Origin: Pedosphaera sp.
GTDB taxonomy: Bacteria; Verrucomicrobiota; Verrucomicrobiia; Limisphaerales; SIBH01
DNA length: 64,000 nucleotides
Assembly: GCA_031414955.1 (NCBI GenBank)
Contig: JANOQV010000056.1
Span: forward strand, 32,001 to 96,000
Direction of reading: 5' to 3'
Both the position numbers and the translations under genes were made by a program. Positions 35,542-44,796 of the stretch are shown in pieces. Position 1 is the first letter of the stretch. Each line of letters begins with the position of its first letter. A model generated the notes under the pieces. The model saw nothing but the letters and a program-made list of their open reading frames with translations. It had not been told where the DNA came from and made no database searches.

Positions 35542-38325
35542 TCATAACGAAACGAGTGCCACGCGGAGACGCAGGAACCGCTGGCCGGTACCCACAGGAA
35601 GGACATCTCGCACCATGACTTGTCGAAAGGCTCCATCCAACGGCTGCGACGAGACCTCCGGTGCGGCTATCGCCTGCCAAGTGACGAGATTGGTCGATGC
35701 TTCAATCGTCAGCACAAGATCGGCCGCCGGTCGGTAACGCTGCGGAAAGGTGAGCGTGAGGTAGGAGGAACCGCCGATCTTCGCGAAGCCTCCGCGAGGG
35801 CGGCGCTTGAATTCCAGGCCGGGCGTCATGCCCACGGCATACCGAAAGAGGAGGATGTTACTTCCCCCCAACGGATCAACTGCCGGCGGCGTCGAGCTAC
35901 TCCAGTGCTCCGGGTAGGAACTGCGCCACGCCGCAAAGGGCGCATCGAAGACCAGTCGGCTAAATGCCGAATTCGACCCTCCTGGTCCTTGAACCGAAAG
36001 GGTGTAGGTGCCGACGTGAGCGTTGGTCGCCACAGGGATGACCAGTTCGTCGGAGGTTCCGAGAACATTAGAACTGCCTCCTTGGCGCCATGCGTAGTTG
36101 GTCACAGTCCCCCCTTGCGCGATGCTGGATAGCACCACTGGATCACCGGCCCGGGCAAACACCGTAGTGCGCAGGGAGACTATTGGGAGATCCGGCACCG
36201 CCACCGGCTGAATGCTCACCATGGTCGAAACGGGTCCTACGGTGTAGGTGACCGTGCCGACGGCCCCTGTGGAGACGACAATATCATCACCATTGAAGAC
36301 AATGCCGCTGCCGGCCACCGCCACACTGACATCGTCTCGATTGAGAATCAGGGTTCTCGACATCGGCCCGAAGCTGCCGGTGAATGATGGGCGAAAGCTC
36401 CCGGCATAGATCGACGACACGCTGGTTGGGTTGCACGAGAGACCGGTCAGTGCGGAAAGTGCGGGGATGGACCATATCCGCCGTGGCGGGGCGGCCTCGT
36501 TCGGGCCACCGGCAGCAGACACGACGACGTCAGCGTTCGTGAGATTGGTGATATCCACGACCACCTCGGAACCCGTGATCTGTGCAGGGAGTGAAACTGG
36601 AATCAGACCATCGAAACGGTAGGCGTCAACAGTCGTCGGGGTGACGCCCTGGCCAGTGACGGAATTCCGCAGGTTGATCTTGATGCCCTGGAATCCACCC
36701 AATTGGACCAATGACGGCAGCTCGAAATCATCTATCACACTTTGAAGCAGGCGACGTTGCATCGCATCTAAATCCGACATTGTTGGAGCGACCACTCTTT
36801 TGTTGAAAGCACCTTTACTAGAGTCGAGATAGGCGGCCAATACCCGTTCGCCCATTGCTTGCGACGCCGTTTGCGTACCTTCGTGGACCCCGGGCACGAT
36901 AGACGCATGAGCCATGTGATCGGAAATTGTTTCGTCTGGCTGAATTCCGCCACCTTGAGACAGATAGTCCACGATGCCGTCATATCCGCCCGACTTAATG
37001 AACGCCGCATTGTCCGGATTGATGCCAAGCAACGAATGAAACTGGCGCGTTAGGAAATCCTGTGGGTAACCGGGATAAGCTAGTCCACCATCGATTCGGG
37101 AACTCAGAAAAGTAGCCGGTGGAACGAGAGCGTTCGGCTGACTCCAAGGAGCATCGGGGTTCCAAGGGTCGAATTTGTAAGCCCCTAGCCAGTAGTGGGC
37201 GAGGTATGTAAAAAGTGTGTTTGGAGCTGCGACAGTCGGGGGTGCGGAGGGTGGGTAAGTCAGTAAATCACCGATCCCAACTCTTTGGTAACGCAAGCCC
37301 CATCCTGCGACTCTGCTGCCAACTAGAGGAGAGCCAATGGTCACCAGGCCAAACACTTGATTCATGATATCTTGGTTTGGAAAGGGGGTGCCGGAGGATC
37401 GACTAGAGCACATCGCAACCGCCAACACACCACCTTGGGAGTGTCCGACCAAAAAAAATCGTTTGATTGCCCAATTCTTGCGGACCAACGCCGTCGGGCT
37501 GATGACTTCTCTCTGAACCACAGCAACGGCGGCAGCAAATTGATCCGGCCAATTGGGTTCATCTGGTGGATAAGTGAGAGGCAGAACCCAATCAGAACCG
37601 TCTCCTTCACGGAGTGGCTTAAGAAAATCTTCGGTGAACGTGGTTTTATCACTTTGGATACCGTGGAGAAGGACAATCAGTGGCTTCCGCACGGCAAAGG
37701 TCACTGTTTGCGTTTCGAGATCCTCCCATTCGGGGGGGAGAGTTGGATCAGGATTAGGCCAGCCCACTCGACCGCGCAGTGTAAGCCGGATGCGAAAGAC
37801 GGCACGATTCGATCCTGGGGCGAACATGGGGGCGAAGCCGGGATCGGGGGGCATCCCAGGGAAAATTACTTTGGCGTTAAACTGCGAAGAGAGTTTGATT
37901 TCAAGCGGACGAATGTGAAGTGGACTGGAGTCTCGATCTGGGTAAACGCCGGCAATGATACCTTGACCGTGATCAAGTGGCCCGACAGGAAAGGCACCTC
38001 CCCCTAAGTGGGTCACTTCGCCGCGCACAAATTCGGCACCCGGCTGGTCATGTGCCCAGTAGACTAGGAGAGAGGAGCCGTCGGCTGCCATCCCCGAGTC
38101 CACACCCCCGGGAATCGGAGAGCTGGCCAACGCCTCTGCTCTGCCTTGGTTAAACCCCATTTTGTAGAGCAACGGCATGGCGGCCTGCGTCTGAGGCGTT
38201 GTGGCTGCGAACGCGATGAGACAGATGGAGAAAACACAGAACGTAATTCGCTGTATTCTGGACGCTGCCCAGTTCATCCGTGGCCCGGAGACGGTTTGGT
38301 CGGACGTTGTTTGATTGGCTTTCAT
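35542..38325 (-). CDS. Secreted lipase/esterase (PGAP1-like alpha/beta hydrolase) with Ig-like and Verrucomicrobia-type C-terminal domains
   Basis: LIVLLHG, LVGHSQGG, VTIGSPLVGS, DGIV; C-terminal IEASTNLVTW...RFLRLRV. Confidence 0.8.
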   Translation of the reverse strand: MKANQTTSDQTVSGPRMNWAASRIQRITFCVFSICLIAFAATTPQTQAAMPLLYKMGFNQGRAEALASSPIPGGVDSGMAADGSSLLVYWAHDQPGAEFVRGEVTHLGGGAFPVGPLDHGQGIIAGVYPDRDSSPLHIRPLEIKLSSQFNAKVIFPGMPPDPGFAPMFAPGSNRAVFRIRLTLRGRVGWPNPDPTLPPEWEDLETQTVTFAVRKPLIVLLHGIQSDKTTFTEDFLKPLREGDGSDWVLPLTYPPDEPNWPDQFAAAVAVVQREVISPTALVRKNWAIKRFFLVGHSQGGVLAVAMCSSRSSGTPFPNQDIMNQVFGLVTIGSPLVGSRVAGWGLRYQRVGIGDLLTYPPSAPPTVAAPNTLFTYLAHYWLGAYKFDPWNPDAPWSQPNALVPPATFLSSRIDGGLAYPGYPQDFLTRQFHSLLGINPDNAAFIKSGGYDGIVDYLSQGGGIQPDETISDHMAHASIVPGVHEGTQTASQAMGERVLAAYLDSSKGAFNKRVVAPTMSDLDAMQRRLLQSVIDDFELPSLVQLGGFQGIKINLRNSVTGQGVTPTTVDAYRFDGLIPVSLPAQITGSEVVVDITNLTNADVVVSAAGGPNEAAPPRRIWSIPALSALTGLSCNPTSVSSIYAGSFRPSFTGSFGPMSRTLILNRDDVSVAVAGSGIVFNGDDIVVSTGAVGTVTYTVGPVSTMVSIQPVAVPDLPIVSLRTTVFARAGDPVVLSSIAQGGTVTNYAWRQGGSSNVLGTSDELVIPVATNAHVGTYTLSVQGPGGSNSAFSRLVFDAPFAAWRSSYPEHWSSSTPPAVDPLGGSNILLFRYAVGMTPGLEFKRRPRGGFAKIGGSSYLTLTFPQRYRPAADLVLTIEASTNLVTWQAIAAPEVSSQPLDGAFRQVMVRDVLPVGTGQRFLRLRVALVSL

Positions 38326-38440
38326 GGTATCTGTGAACTTTTAAGGTTTTTCTGAGCGCTTTCCGCACAGGCTAAACGTGCCCAGCATCCGGCTTCGTGG
38401 AGGGAAACGTGCAATTCTCTCGATCGTTACAGACTATTTT
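38275..38440 (-). repeat. Duplicated promoter/leader/N-terminus cassette, copy 2
   Basis: Matches 35272-35437. Confidence 0.9.
38406..38431 (-). promoter_or_regulatory. ECF-type promoter TGTAAC-N16-CGTT
   Basis: Minus strand tgtaac gatcgagagaattgca cgtt, upstream of the 38325 start. Confidence 0.7.
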
Positions 38441-38494
38441 CAGGCGGAGCCAAACAGCGGATCGCGGTGGCTGGGCGCAGTGAAGAGTTTTTCG

Positions 38495-38600
38495 ATTTGA
38501 CCTCAGCTCGAATGGAACCAGGGCCGCGTGTTGCGCCCGCCGCCTGGCCTTCATCGCCTCCGGGAGATCCGGGCTGGCCAGCCACCGCTGATACACGGAG
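38495..38600 (-). pseudogene. Possible C-terminal remnant of an integrase-catalytic (DDE) transposase
   Basis: YQRWLASPDLPEAMKARRRAQHAALVPFELR resembles, from recall, the TPYQRLL...LNPFEL tail of such transposases. Confidence 0.4.
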
Positions 38601-38709
38601 GGAGAACACAGACAGCACTTCTGGCCAGTCCGCCCCCAGCGGCATTGGGTCTTGGTCGCTGGAAAAGTTTGCGGATCAGCGGGAAGGACAGAGATCCAAG
38701 CGAGAGGCT

Positions 38710-38735
38710 TGTAACGTTTGGCAAGAACTCCCGTT
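38710..38735 (+). promoter_or_regulatory. ECF-type promoter TGTAAC-N16-CGTT
   Basis: tgtaac gtttggcaagaactcc cgtt, 60 nt upstream of the 38796 start. Confidence 0.7.
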
Positions 38736-38795
38736 ACCTCCGAAAGAAGGCTTCAATCGAAGCCAAAAAAGCAAAAACACTAATCCAGTTCAGCC

Positions 38796-39932
38796 ATGAA
38801 AAAATTCAAATACAGCTCTCATTTCCGCAATCTCGCCACCTTTCTGCTGGTGGCAACAATCGGTCTCCCCACGACCAATGCCCATGCGGCCAGCCTCTCT
38901 GACTTCCTTAGGGTCAAGGATGGGAAAGTTACAGCGATCAATCGCAGCGCGATCATCCCAAGTGTAATCCAGGACGTGAGCAAGGTTTTCGAGCCAAGCG
39001 GGCCAGGCTCGGCCGGGGAAGCGACTCCCAGCACGGCGCCGACACCGACGACCGGGAGCGAATCGACTGCGGCACCCAGCGCGGCCGTGGACGACTCGAC
39101 CGCACCCAAAACCGTGACCCCCAAAGACGCGACCGGGAGGTTGCCGAGCGCCAACCTGGGGATTCGTCCGCAGATTGACGGCCTGCCGGTTCGTTATGCG
39201 CTGACGGCCAACGATCATGTTCTCAACCTCAAGATCTATGGAGGTGAAAACAAATTGAGCACGCATTTTGCGAGCAGGTTTCTGGGGAACGACACGTTGG
39301 AAACATCGGTCCAGGGAGCAAAAATCCTGAATCAAACGTTCGGACGGCTCAATCCAAACCTTGAGGCATGGATCAGGGAGTTCAGAGAGTACCAGGCATT
39401 CCGCGGAGATGAATTCAAGGAACGGGATTACCTGCCCAAGATGACCGCGATCCTGACGGAAGAACTCAATTTCGCCCGAAAACTGCGCAAGGTCCGCGCT
39501 TTCGAGGCCAGATCCCAGTCGGGCGTCTATAATTTCGAGCGGCGCGCCTTTCCAGTTGAGTTGGGCCACGGACAAATGGTGTATCTGTCCAACGGGCAGA
39601 AGGTCGCATTGAGTGAAGTGACGTTGGACTCCGCACGGGCGCGAGCGTTGCGCGAAGCGACAAAGACCGGCGACCGCTGTTTCGGTTTTGGGATAATGGT
39701 CGAGGGAAATCTGCTGACCCACCACGAAGTTCAGGAACGCGGATGGAGCCTCGCTCCCGGCAGTTCCAAGCATTACATGGAAGCAACCAAGATGCTCGTT
39801 TACCTGCTCGAATGGACAGATACGCGGGGCAAAGGCAATCCCATCGTCCATACGACCTTGCTGGAAGCTCGTGACCTCTCCAGCCGAGAGGCGGTGGCCA
39901 AGGTCCCGCCAGTTTTCTCCCTGCCCGAGTAA
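38796..39932 (+). CDS. Secreted hypothetical protein (possibly DUF4852-like)
   Basis: Signal peptide ending AHA-A, P/T/S/A linker, DEF...YNFERRAFP motif. Confidence 0.65.
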   Translation: MKKFKYSSHFRNLATFLLVATIGLPTTNAHAASLSDFLRVKDGKVTAINRSAIIPSVIQDVSKVFEPSGPGSAGEATPSTAPTPTTGSESTAAPSAAVDDSTAPKTVTPKDATGRLPSANLGIRPQIDGLPVRYALTANDHVLNLKIYGGENKLSTHFASRFLGNDTLETSVQGAKILNQTFGRLNPNLEAWIREFREYQAFRGDEFKERDYLPKMTAILTEELNFARKLRKVRAFEARSQSGVYNFERRAFPVELGHGQMVYLSNGQKVALSEVTLDSARARALREATKTGDRCFGFGIMVEGNLLTHHEVQERGWSLAPGSSKHYMEATKMLVYLLEWTDTRGKGNPIVHTTLLEARDLSSREAVAKVPPVFSLPE

Positions 39933-39997
39933 GGGCTTCCACTGCTCGTTTTTTGGCTGTGGTACAGGCACGGCGATGACGTGCCTTGGCCCGTCGC

Positions 39998-40420
39998 CTA
40001 CTCTCCAATGAAATGGGCCACGATGCGGCGGCGGTGGGCGTGCGTGCGGTGTTCCCAAAGATAAATGCCCTGCCAGGTGCCCAGCGCCAGCTCACCGCGT
40101 GCGATGGGCACAGTCACATTCACGGCCGTGAGCGCGGTGCGGATGTGCGCGGACATGTCGTCCTCGCCCTCAGCGGTGTGGGCGAAGATCGCGTCGCCAT
40201 CCGGGACGAGGCGGACGAAAAACTTCTCGAAGTCGCGGCGCACTTCGGGATCGGCATTTTCCTGGATGACGAGGGAGGCGGAGGTGTGCTGGACGTGCAG
40301 CGTGACCTGGCCGGTCTTGATTCCGCTCTGGTGGAGGAGCGAGGCCACTTCGCTGGTAAACTCGTAAAAGGCACGCCCACGAGTGGCGATGATGATTTCG
40401 TGTTGGACCTGGCGAAGCAT
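39998..40420 (-). CDS. yjbQ: YjbQ/UPF0047 family protein (secondary thiamine-phosphate synthase)
   Basis: HTSASLVIQENADPEV, EGEDDMSAHIR, LGTWQGIYLWEHR. Confidence 0.93.
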   Translation of the reverse strand: MLRQVQHEIIIATRGRAFYEFTSEVASLLHQSGIKTGQVTLHVQHTSASLVIQENADPEVRRDFEKFFVRLVPDGDAIFAHTAEGEDDMSAHIRTALTAVNVTVPIARGELALGTWQGIYLWEHRTHAHRRRIVAHFIGE

Positions 40421-40435
40421 CGGGGCCGGGAAACC

Positions 40436-42169
40436 TCAGGGCTGGCGGATGATTTTTTCCAGCGACTCGTTGCGGGGATGGCCCGCCGCGCGCGCTTTCT
40501 GGTAGTGCCAGCGCGCCAGTGCCACGGCGGGCGGAGTTTGCGTGGCATAGACCACGGCGAGATTGTTGTGGGCCACGGCATTGTCGGGGGCGAGTTGCAC
40601 GGCGCGGCGCAGGGCCGCCTCCGCCGGGACGCGCAGCCCTTTCTCGCTCAACACGATGCCGAGATAATTTTGCGTGTCGGGATAATTCGGATTCACTTTG
40701 GACGAACGGCTCAGAGCATCCAGCGCCTCGTCGAGCTTGTCCTGACGGTAGCGCAACCGGCCCAGAACGTAGAGGCTGAAGTAATCGCTTGGGTCCGAAT
40801 CCAGGGCATGCCGGACGTTTCTTTCGGTCTCGGCGAGTTCACCCAGTTCCAACTGCGCGGAGGCGAGGTTGCCGAGCGTGGTGACGTTGTTCGTGTCCTG
40901 ACGCAGAAGTTCGGCGTACTTCTGCGCGGCCTCGGTGTAATTCCCGCTGGCAAAAGCGCGCTCCGCCGCTTGCACCAGTTTCTGCGCGCCGGTGGGAACG
41001 CCACGGGTGGCGTTGCGCAGCGGGCCTTCGGCGGGGGGCGGAATGGCCGATGTCGGCACCGCCGGCTGAGTGGAGGCGGTGAACGCGGCCGTGATGACCG
41101 CCGGAGTCCGGGCAAAGAGCGCGATTTCCTCCGTGGTGTAGGGCGCAGGTTTCGCTTCCAACGCCTGCACGCGAGCCTTCAAGGCCTCCAGTTCGCGCTT
41201 CGCCTCCGCCGGCATCACCGTGTTGGTCAGGATACGACGCTGGGCGTTGAGGGCGACCTGCTTCGCGAGCTCCAGTTCTTTTTGTAGGGCGATGTTCTGG
41301 GCCGCGGTTTTGTTCAACTGTTCGACTTGCGCGGCGGAACTGGCGGTCGCTTTGGCCAGGGTCTCGCGGACCATGTTCGTGGCCGAGTCCAGCCGGACCT
41401 GCCACTCCACGGACTGTTTCTTCAGGATTTCGTTTTCGGAGCGCAAGGTGGTGATGACCTCGATCTGCTCGGTCAGTTTCGAGGCCAGTTCAGGCGGGGC
41501 CAGGACCGCCGGCGCGGTGTTGGCGCGCTGGGCCAGTTGCACCTTGAACAGCTCGTTCTCCTTTTGCAGGGCGCGAATGCGCTCTTCCGCCCGGGCCAAC
41601 TCCTTGGGATCGAGTCCCGCCGGCTGCACCGAAAGCGCCTCCTTCAATTTTGCGGCCAGCAGTTTGTTGTCCGCCTGGAGCCGATCAATCTCCGCCTTCA
41701 GGTTTTGCACTTGCTGGTCGAACTCGGTGGACCAGGCGGCGGCGTTGTTCGTGGGCGTGAACAAAGGAACCGGATTGGTCGGGCCGGTGAGGGAGAGGTT
41801 CGTCACGATCAGCGGCACAGGGATCGGCGGCGTGGTCGGAGCGACCGGCGCGGGCGCAAGGGGTGTCGGCGGCGCAGCGGGAGTCCCGCCCAAGGTCGAG
41901 GCGATGGGCGCGAGCTTGGTGGTGATGTAATTCAACCGGTAGTTGACCACGCGATCGTTCCAGCCGGGATAGATTCCACGGAAATTGGTCAGCGCGCTTT
42001 GGGCCTCCACGTATTTGGACGCCGCCAGCTTGGGCTGGCCCGTGTCGTTGAGGCGATCCGCATCCTGAATCATCTGGTAGATGCGGACGTAGTGCTCATC
42101 CGGGCCGTCGGCGTGCGCCCAGAGGCACGTCAGCAGCCACGCCGTCAGCAGTACGAGGAACCGATTCAT
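40436..42169 (-). CDS. Secreted coiled-coil plus TPR protein
   Basis: Signal peptide MNRFLVLL, coiled coils, C-terminal TPRs (AHNNLAVVY). Confidence 0.85.
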   Translation of the reverse strand: MNRFLVLLTAWLLTCLWAHADGPDEHYVRIYQMIQDADRLNDTGQPKLAASKYVEAQSALTNFRGIYPGWNDRVVNYRLNYITTKLAPIASTLGGTPAAPPTPLAPAPVAPTTPPIPVPLIVTNLSLTGPTNPVPLFTPTNNAAAWSTEFDQQVQNLKAEIDRLQADNKLLAAKLKEALSVQPAGLDPKELARAEERIRALQKENELFKVQLAQRANTAPAVLAPPELASKLTEQIEVITTLRSENEILKKQSVEWQVRLDSATNMVRETLAKATASSAAQVEQLNKTAAQNIALQKELELAKQVALNAQRRILTNTVMPAEAKRELEALKARVQALEAKPAPYTTEEIALFARTPAVITAAFTASTQPAVPTSAIPPPAEGPLRNATRGVPTGAQKLVQAAERAFASGNYTEAAQKYAELLRQDTNNVTTLGNLASAQLELGELAETERNVRHALDSDPSDYFSLYVLGRLRYRQDKLDEALDALSRSSKVNPNYPDTQNYLGIVLSEKGLRVPAEAALRRAVQLAPDNAVAHNNLAVVYATQTPPAVALARWHYQKARAAGHPRNESLEKIIRQP

Positions 42170-42390
42170 GGTGGCGGAACTTAGAGAGGGAACGCGTGGT
42201 TTGCAACGTCCCACCTGCAACCGGCGGAATTCCCCCCGGCGAGGCCGCGTGGTCGTGGCCTCCTCTGGCCCCGTCCCGCCTGCGGCGGTGGGAGCATCGG
42301 GAGCAGATTCCAACCCGCCGCCTCCGAGCGAGGGTGCTTCCGTTGAGAGCGGCACGGTTCCTCCATGGACAATCCACGGGCCCGCCCGCC

Positions 42391-43746
42391 TCACACCGCC
42401 GCCGCCGTGGGATGCACCCAGGGTGGGCGATAGGCACGGGTCAACAGCCGGTTCGCTTCGTCGTCCCCCGCAATTTTTCCGGCGACGGCGTCCCAGGTGA
42501 AGGACCGTCCGATTTGGGCAGAAAGGTTGGCCAGGATGCACGAGGCGCTGGAGATGTAGCCCTGCTCGATGTCGGCCACCGGACGGCCGCGGCTCTCGAT
42601 GTTTTTCAGCAAGTCCCGCATGTGGGCGCGCACGGCCGAGGCGACGTGCCGTTCCAGATCCTTCTCGGTTTTGTCCTCGGGAAATTTCTCATACTCGAAG
42701 AGCGGCTCGCCCTTGAGCTTGGACTCGGTTTTGCCGCGCTCGTAGAAGTCGTAGCCGTTGACGCCGGCCTTGAGCGTACCTTTCTCGCCGTAGAAAATCG
42801 CGGCCCAGGGATACTTCGGATCGGGAGCGTCACCCCAGGCGCGGTGCGTCCAGACCACGTTCAACTCGGGGAACTCGAAGGTCGCGGTCTGGGTGTCGGA
42901 AATGTTGGCCACGCTCTTCTTGTCCAGATAGATGCCACCGCTGGAACTGATGCGGGTGGGCCAGCCGAGGTCGAGCATCCAGCGCGTCATGTCCAGCATG
43001 TGAACGCACATGTCGCCCACGATGCCGTTTCCGTACTCCATGAAGGCCCGCCAGCCGCGCGGGTGCATGGCCTTGTGATAGGGAAGTTTTCGCGCCGGGC
43101 CGGTCCACATTTCATAATCGAGATGCTCCGGCGGCAGACCCAGCGCGGGCGATGTGTCCCGCGAGCGCATGTGGTAGTAGCAACAGATTTCGACGTGGGA
43201 AATTTTCCCAAGCAGGCCGGCCTGGATCACCTTCTCCCGCGCGTCGATGAGATGCGGCGTGCTGCGGCGCTGGGTGCCGATTTGCACCACGCGCTGGTAT
43301 TTGCGCGCGGCGGCGAGCATGGCCTGGCTTTCGACAACATCGACGCTGGTGGGCTTCTGGCAGTACACGTCCGCGCCCGACTTCACGGCCTCGATCATGG
43401 TGAGCGCGTGCCAGTGATCCGGCGTACCAATGAGCACCAGGTCGAGATCCTTCTCCTTCAACATCTCGCGATAGTCCGAGTACAAGCGGGGCTTTTTGCC
43501 CGACGGCTGGCGCGAGGCCACGAGCTCCGCCGCGTCGCCCAACATTTTCTTGTCCACGTCGCACAGGGAAATCACTTCGACCGGCGCGACCTGGATGAGT
43601 CGGAGCAAGTCAATCTTGCCGTACCAACCGGTCCCGATAAGGCCGACGCGCTTTTTCAGGCCGGCGAAGTCGGCGGCGAAGGTGGGAGCGGCGGCCATGG
43701 CGAACGCGGCCGTGCCGCTCGTCTTGAGAAATTGTCGGCGGTTCAT
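42391..43746 (-). CDS. Tat-exported Gfo/Idh/MocA oxidoreductase
   Basis: MNRRQFLK, GLIGTGWYG, TPDHWH, YCQKP, QIGTQRRS. Confidence 0.92.
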   Translation of the reverse strand: MNRRQFLKTSGTAAFAMAAAPTFAADFAGLKKRVGLIGTGWYGKIDLLRLIQVAPVEVISLCDVDKKMLGDAAELVASRQPSGKKPRLYSDYREMLKEKDLDLVLIGTPDHWHALTMIEAVKSGADVYCQKPTSVDVVESQAMLAAARKYQRVVQIGTQRRSTPHLIDAREKVIQAGLLGKISHVEICCYYHMRSRDTSPALGLPPEHLDYEMWTGPARKLPYHKAMHPRGWRAFMEYGNGIVGDMCVHMLDMTRWMLDLGWPTRISSSGGIYLDKKSVANISDTQTATFEFPELNVVWTHRAWGDAPDPKYPWAAIFYGEKGTLKAGVNGYDFYERGKTESKLKGEPLFEYEKFPEDKTEKDLERHVASAVRAHMRDLLKNIESRGRPVADIEQGYISSASCILANLSAQIGRSFTWDAVAGKIAGDDEANRLLTRAYRPPWVHPTAAAV

Positions 43747-43849
43747 GCGCCTGTCGTACGCGGGAGCGCCGCCAGCGGCAAGCCGATTTCCGCCGCCTTC
43801 ACCCCAGCCTTGTTTCACCTGCCCCGTCCCCTAACCTCCGGGGACTACG

Positions 43850-44626
43850 ATGTCCGTCGCTGAAATCATAGGTCTCATCGCCGCCGCCGCCGCCGCCGGG
43901 GCCATCAACGCCGTGGCGGGGGGCGGCACCCTGATCACTTTTCCCACGCTGCTGCTGTTCGGCACCCCGCCGGTGGCCGCCAACGCCACCAGCACGCTGG
44001 CCCTCATGCTCGGCACGGGGGGGAGCGTCATGAGTTACCGGCGCCATCTCGCGGCCATCAAGAAGTGGCTCGGGCGGTTTGCGGCCGTGAGCATCCTGGG
44101 CGGACTGATCGGCAGTGCGCTCCTCACGCACACTGAAGAGAAGGTATTTGCCCGGTTGGTGCCGTTTCTGATCCTGTTCGCCACTCTCCTTTTTCTGAGT
44201 CAAGGCCTGGTGCGCAGGCTGGCCCTGGGGTCAGGCGGTGCCGAAGGCCCGGAGAAGCGGCACCATGTTTTCGCCGCCATCGCATTTCAATTCCTCGTGG
44301 CGATCTACGGCGGCTACTTCGGCGCGGGCATCGGCATTCTGATGCTGGCCTCGCTGGGGCTGCTCGGGCTGCGCGACATTCATGAGATGAACGCTTTGAA
44401 GACGGTGCTCAGCACGCTCATCAATCTCGTCGCTGCGGCCTGGTTCATCGGCGCGGACCTCATCCACTGGCCCAAGGCGGGCCTCATGACCGTGGGCGCG
44501 CTGGGCGGCTACTTTCTCGGGGCGCATTACGCGCAACGCATTCCGCAGCGGGCCGTGCGGCACCTCATCGCAGGAATTGGTTTCACCCTCGCGGTGGTCA
44601 CCTTCTGGCGGGAATTCCTCCGCTAA
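43850..44626 (+). CDS. TauE/SafE family (sulfite exporter-like) membrane protein
   Basis: AGAINAVAGGG, YGGYFGAGIG, multiple TM helices. Confidence 0.9.
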   Translation: MSVAEIIGLIAAAAAAGAINAVAGGGTLITFPTLLLFGTPPVAANATSTLALMLGTGGSVMSYRRHLAAIKKWLGRFAAVSILGGLIGSALLTHTEEKVFARLVPFLILFATLLFLSQGLVRRLALGSGGAEGPEKRHHVFAAIAFQFLVAIYGGYFGAGIGILMLASLGLLGLRDIHEMNALKTVLSTLINLVAAAWFIGADLIHWPKAGLMTVGALGGYFLGAHYAQRIPQRAVRHLIAGIGFTLAVVTFWREFLR

Positions 44627-44796
44627 TCAAATCAACCGCGCAGGATTTCGATTTCAGCCGTAGCACAACGGCGGAGAGCGGATTGGAACTCCGCCGTTGC
44701 ATCCATCAGCGCACCCGACCCGGGACCGACCGATCAGACGGAACTCGCGGCCCACGTCGCTCCAATCATCGGGCCTCGACCAAGGCCGGAACCGGG

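Larger units (their letters stand above)
30073..39990. mobile_element. Genomic island inserted at the yjbQ 3' end; no intact integrase seen
   Basis: Flanking 201-bp direct repeat, visibly lower GC in ~33500-39950, transposase-like remnant. Confidence 0.65.

Noticed and set aside
29872..40191. yjbQ repeat pair as a diversity-generating retroelement TR/VR
   Set aside because: Mismatches are not confined to adenines on either strand, and no reverse transcriptase is present
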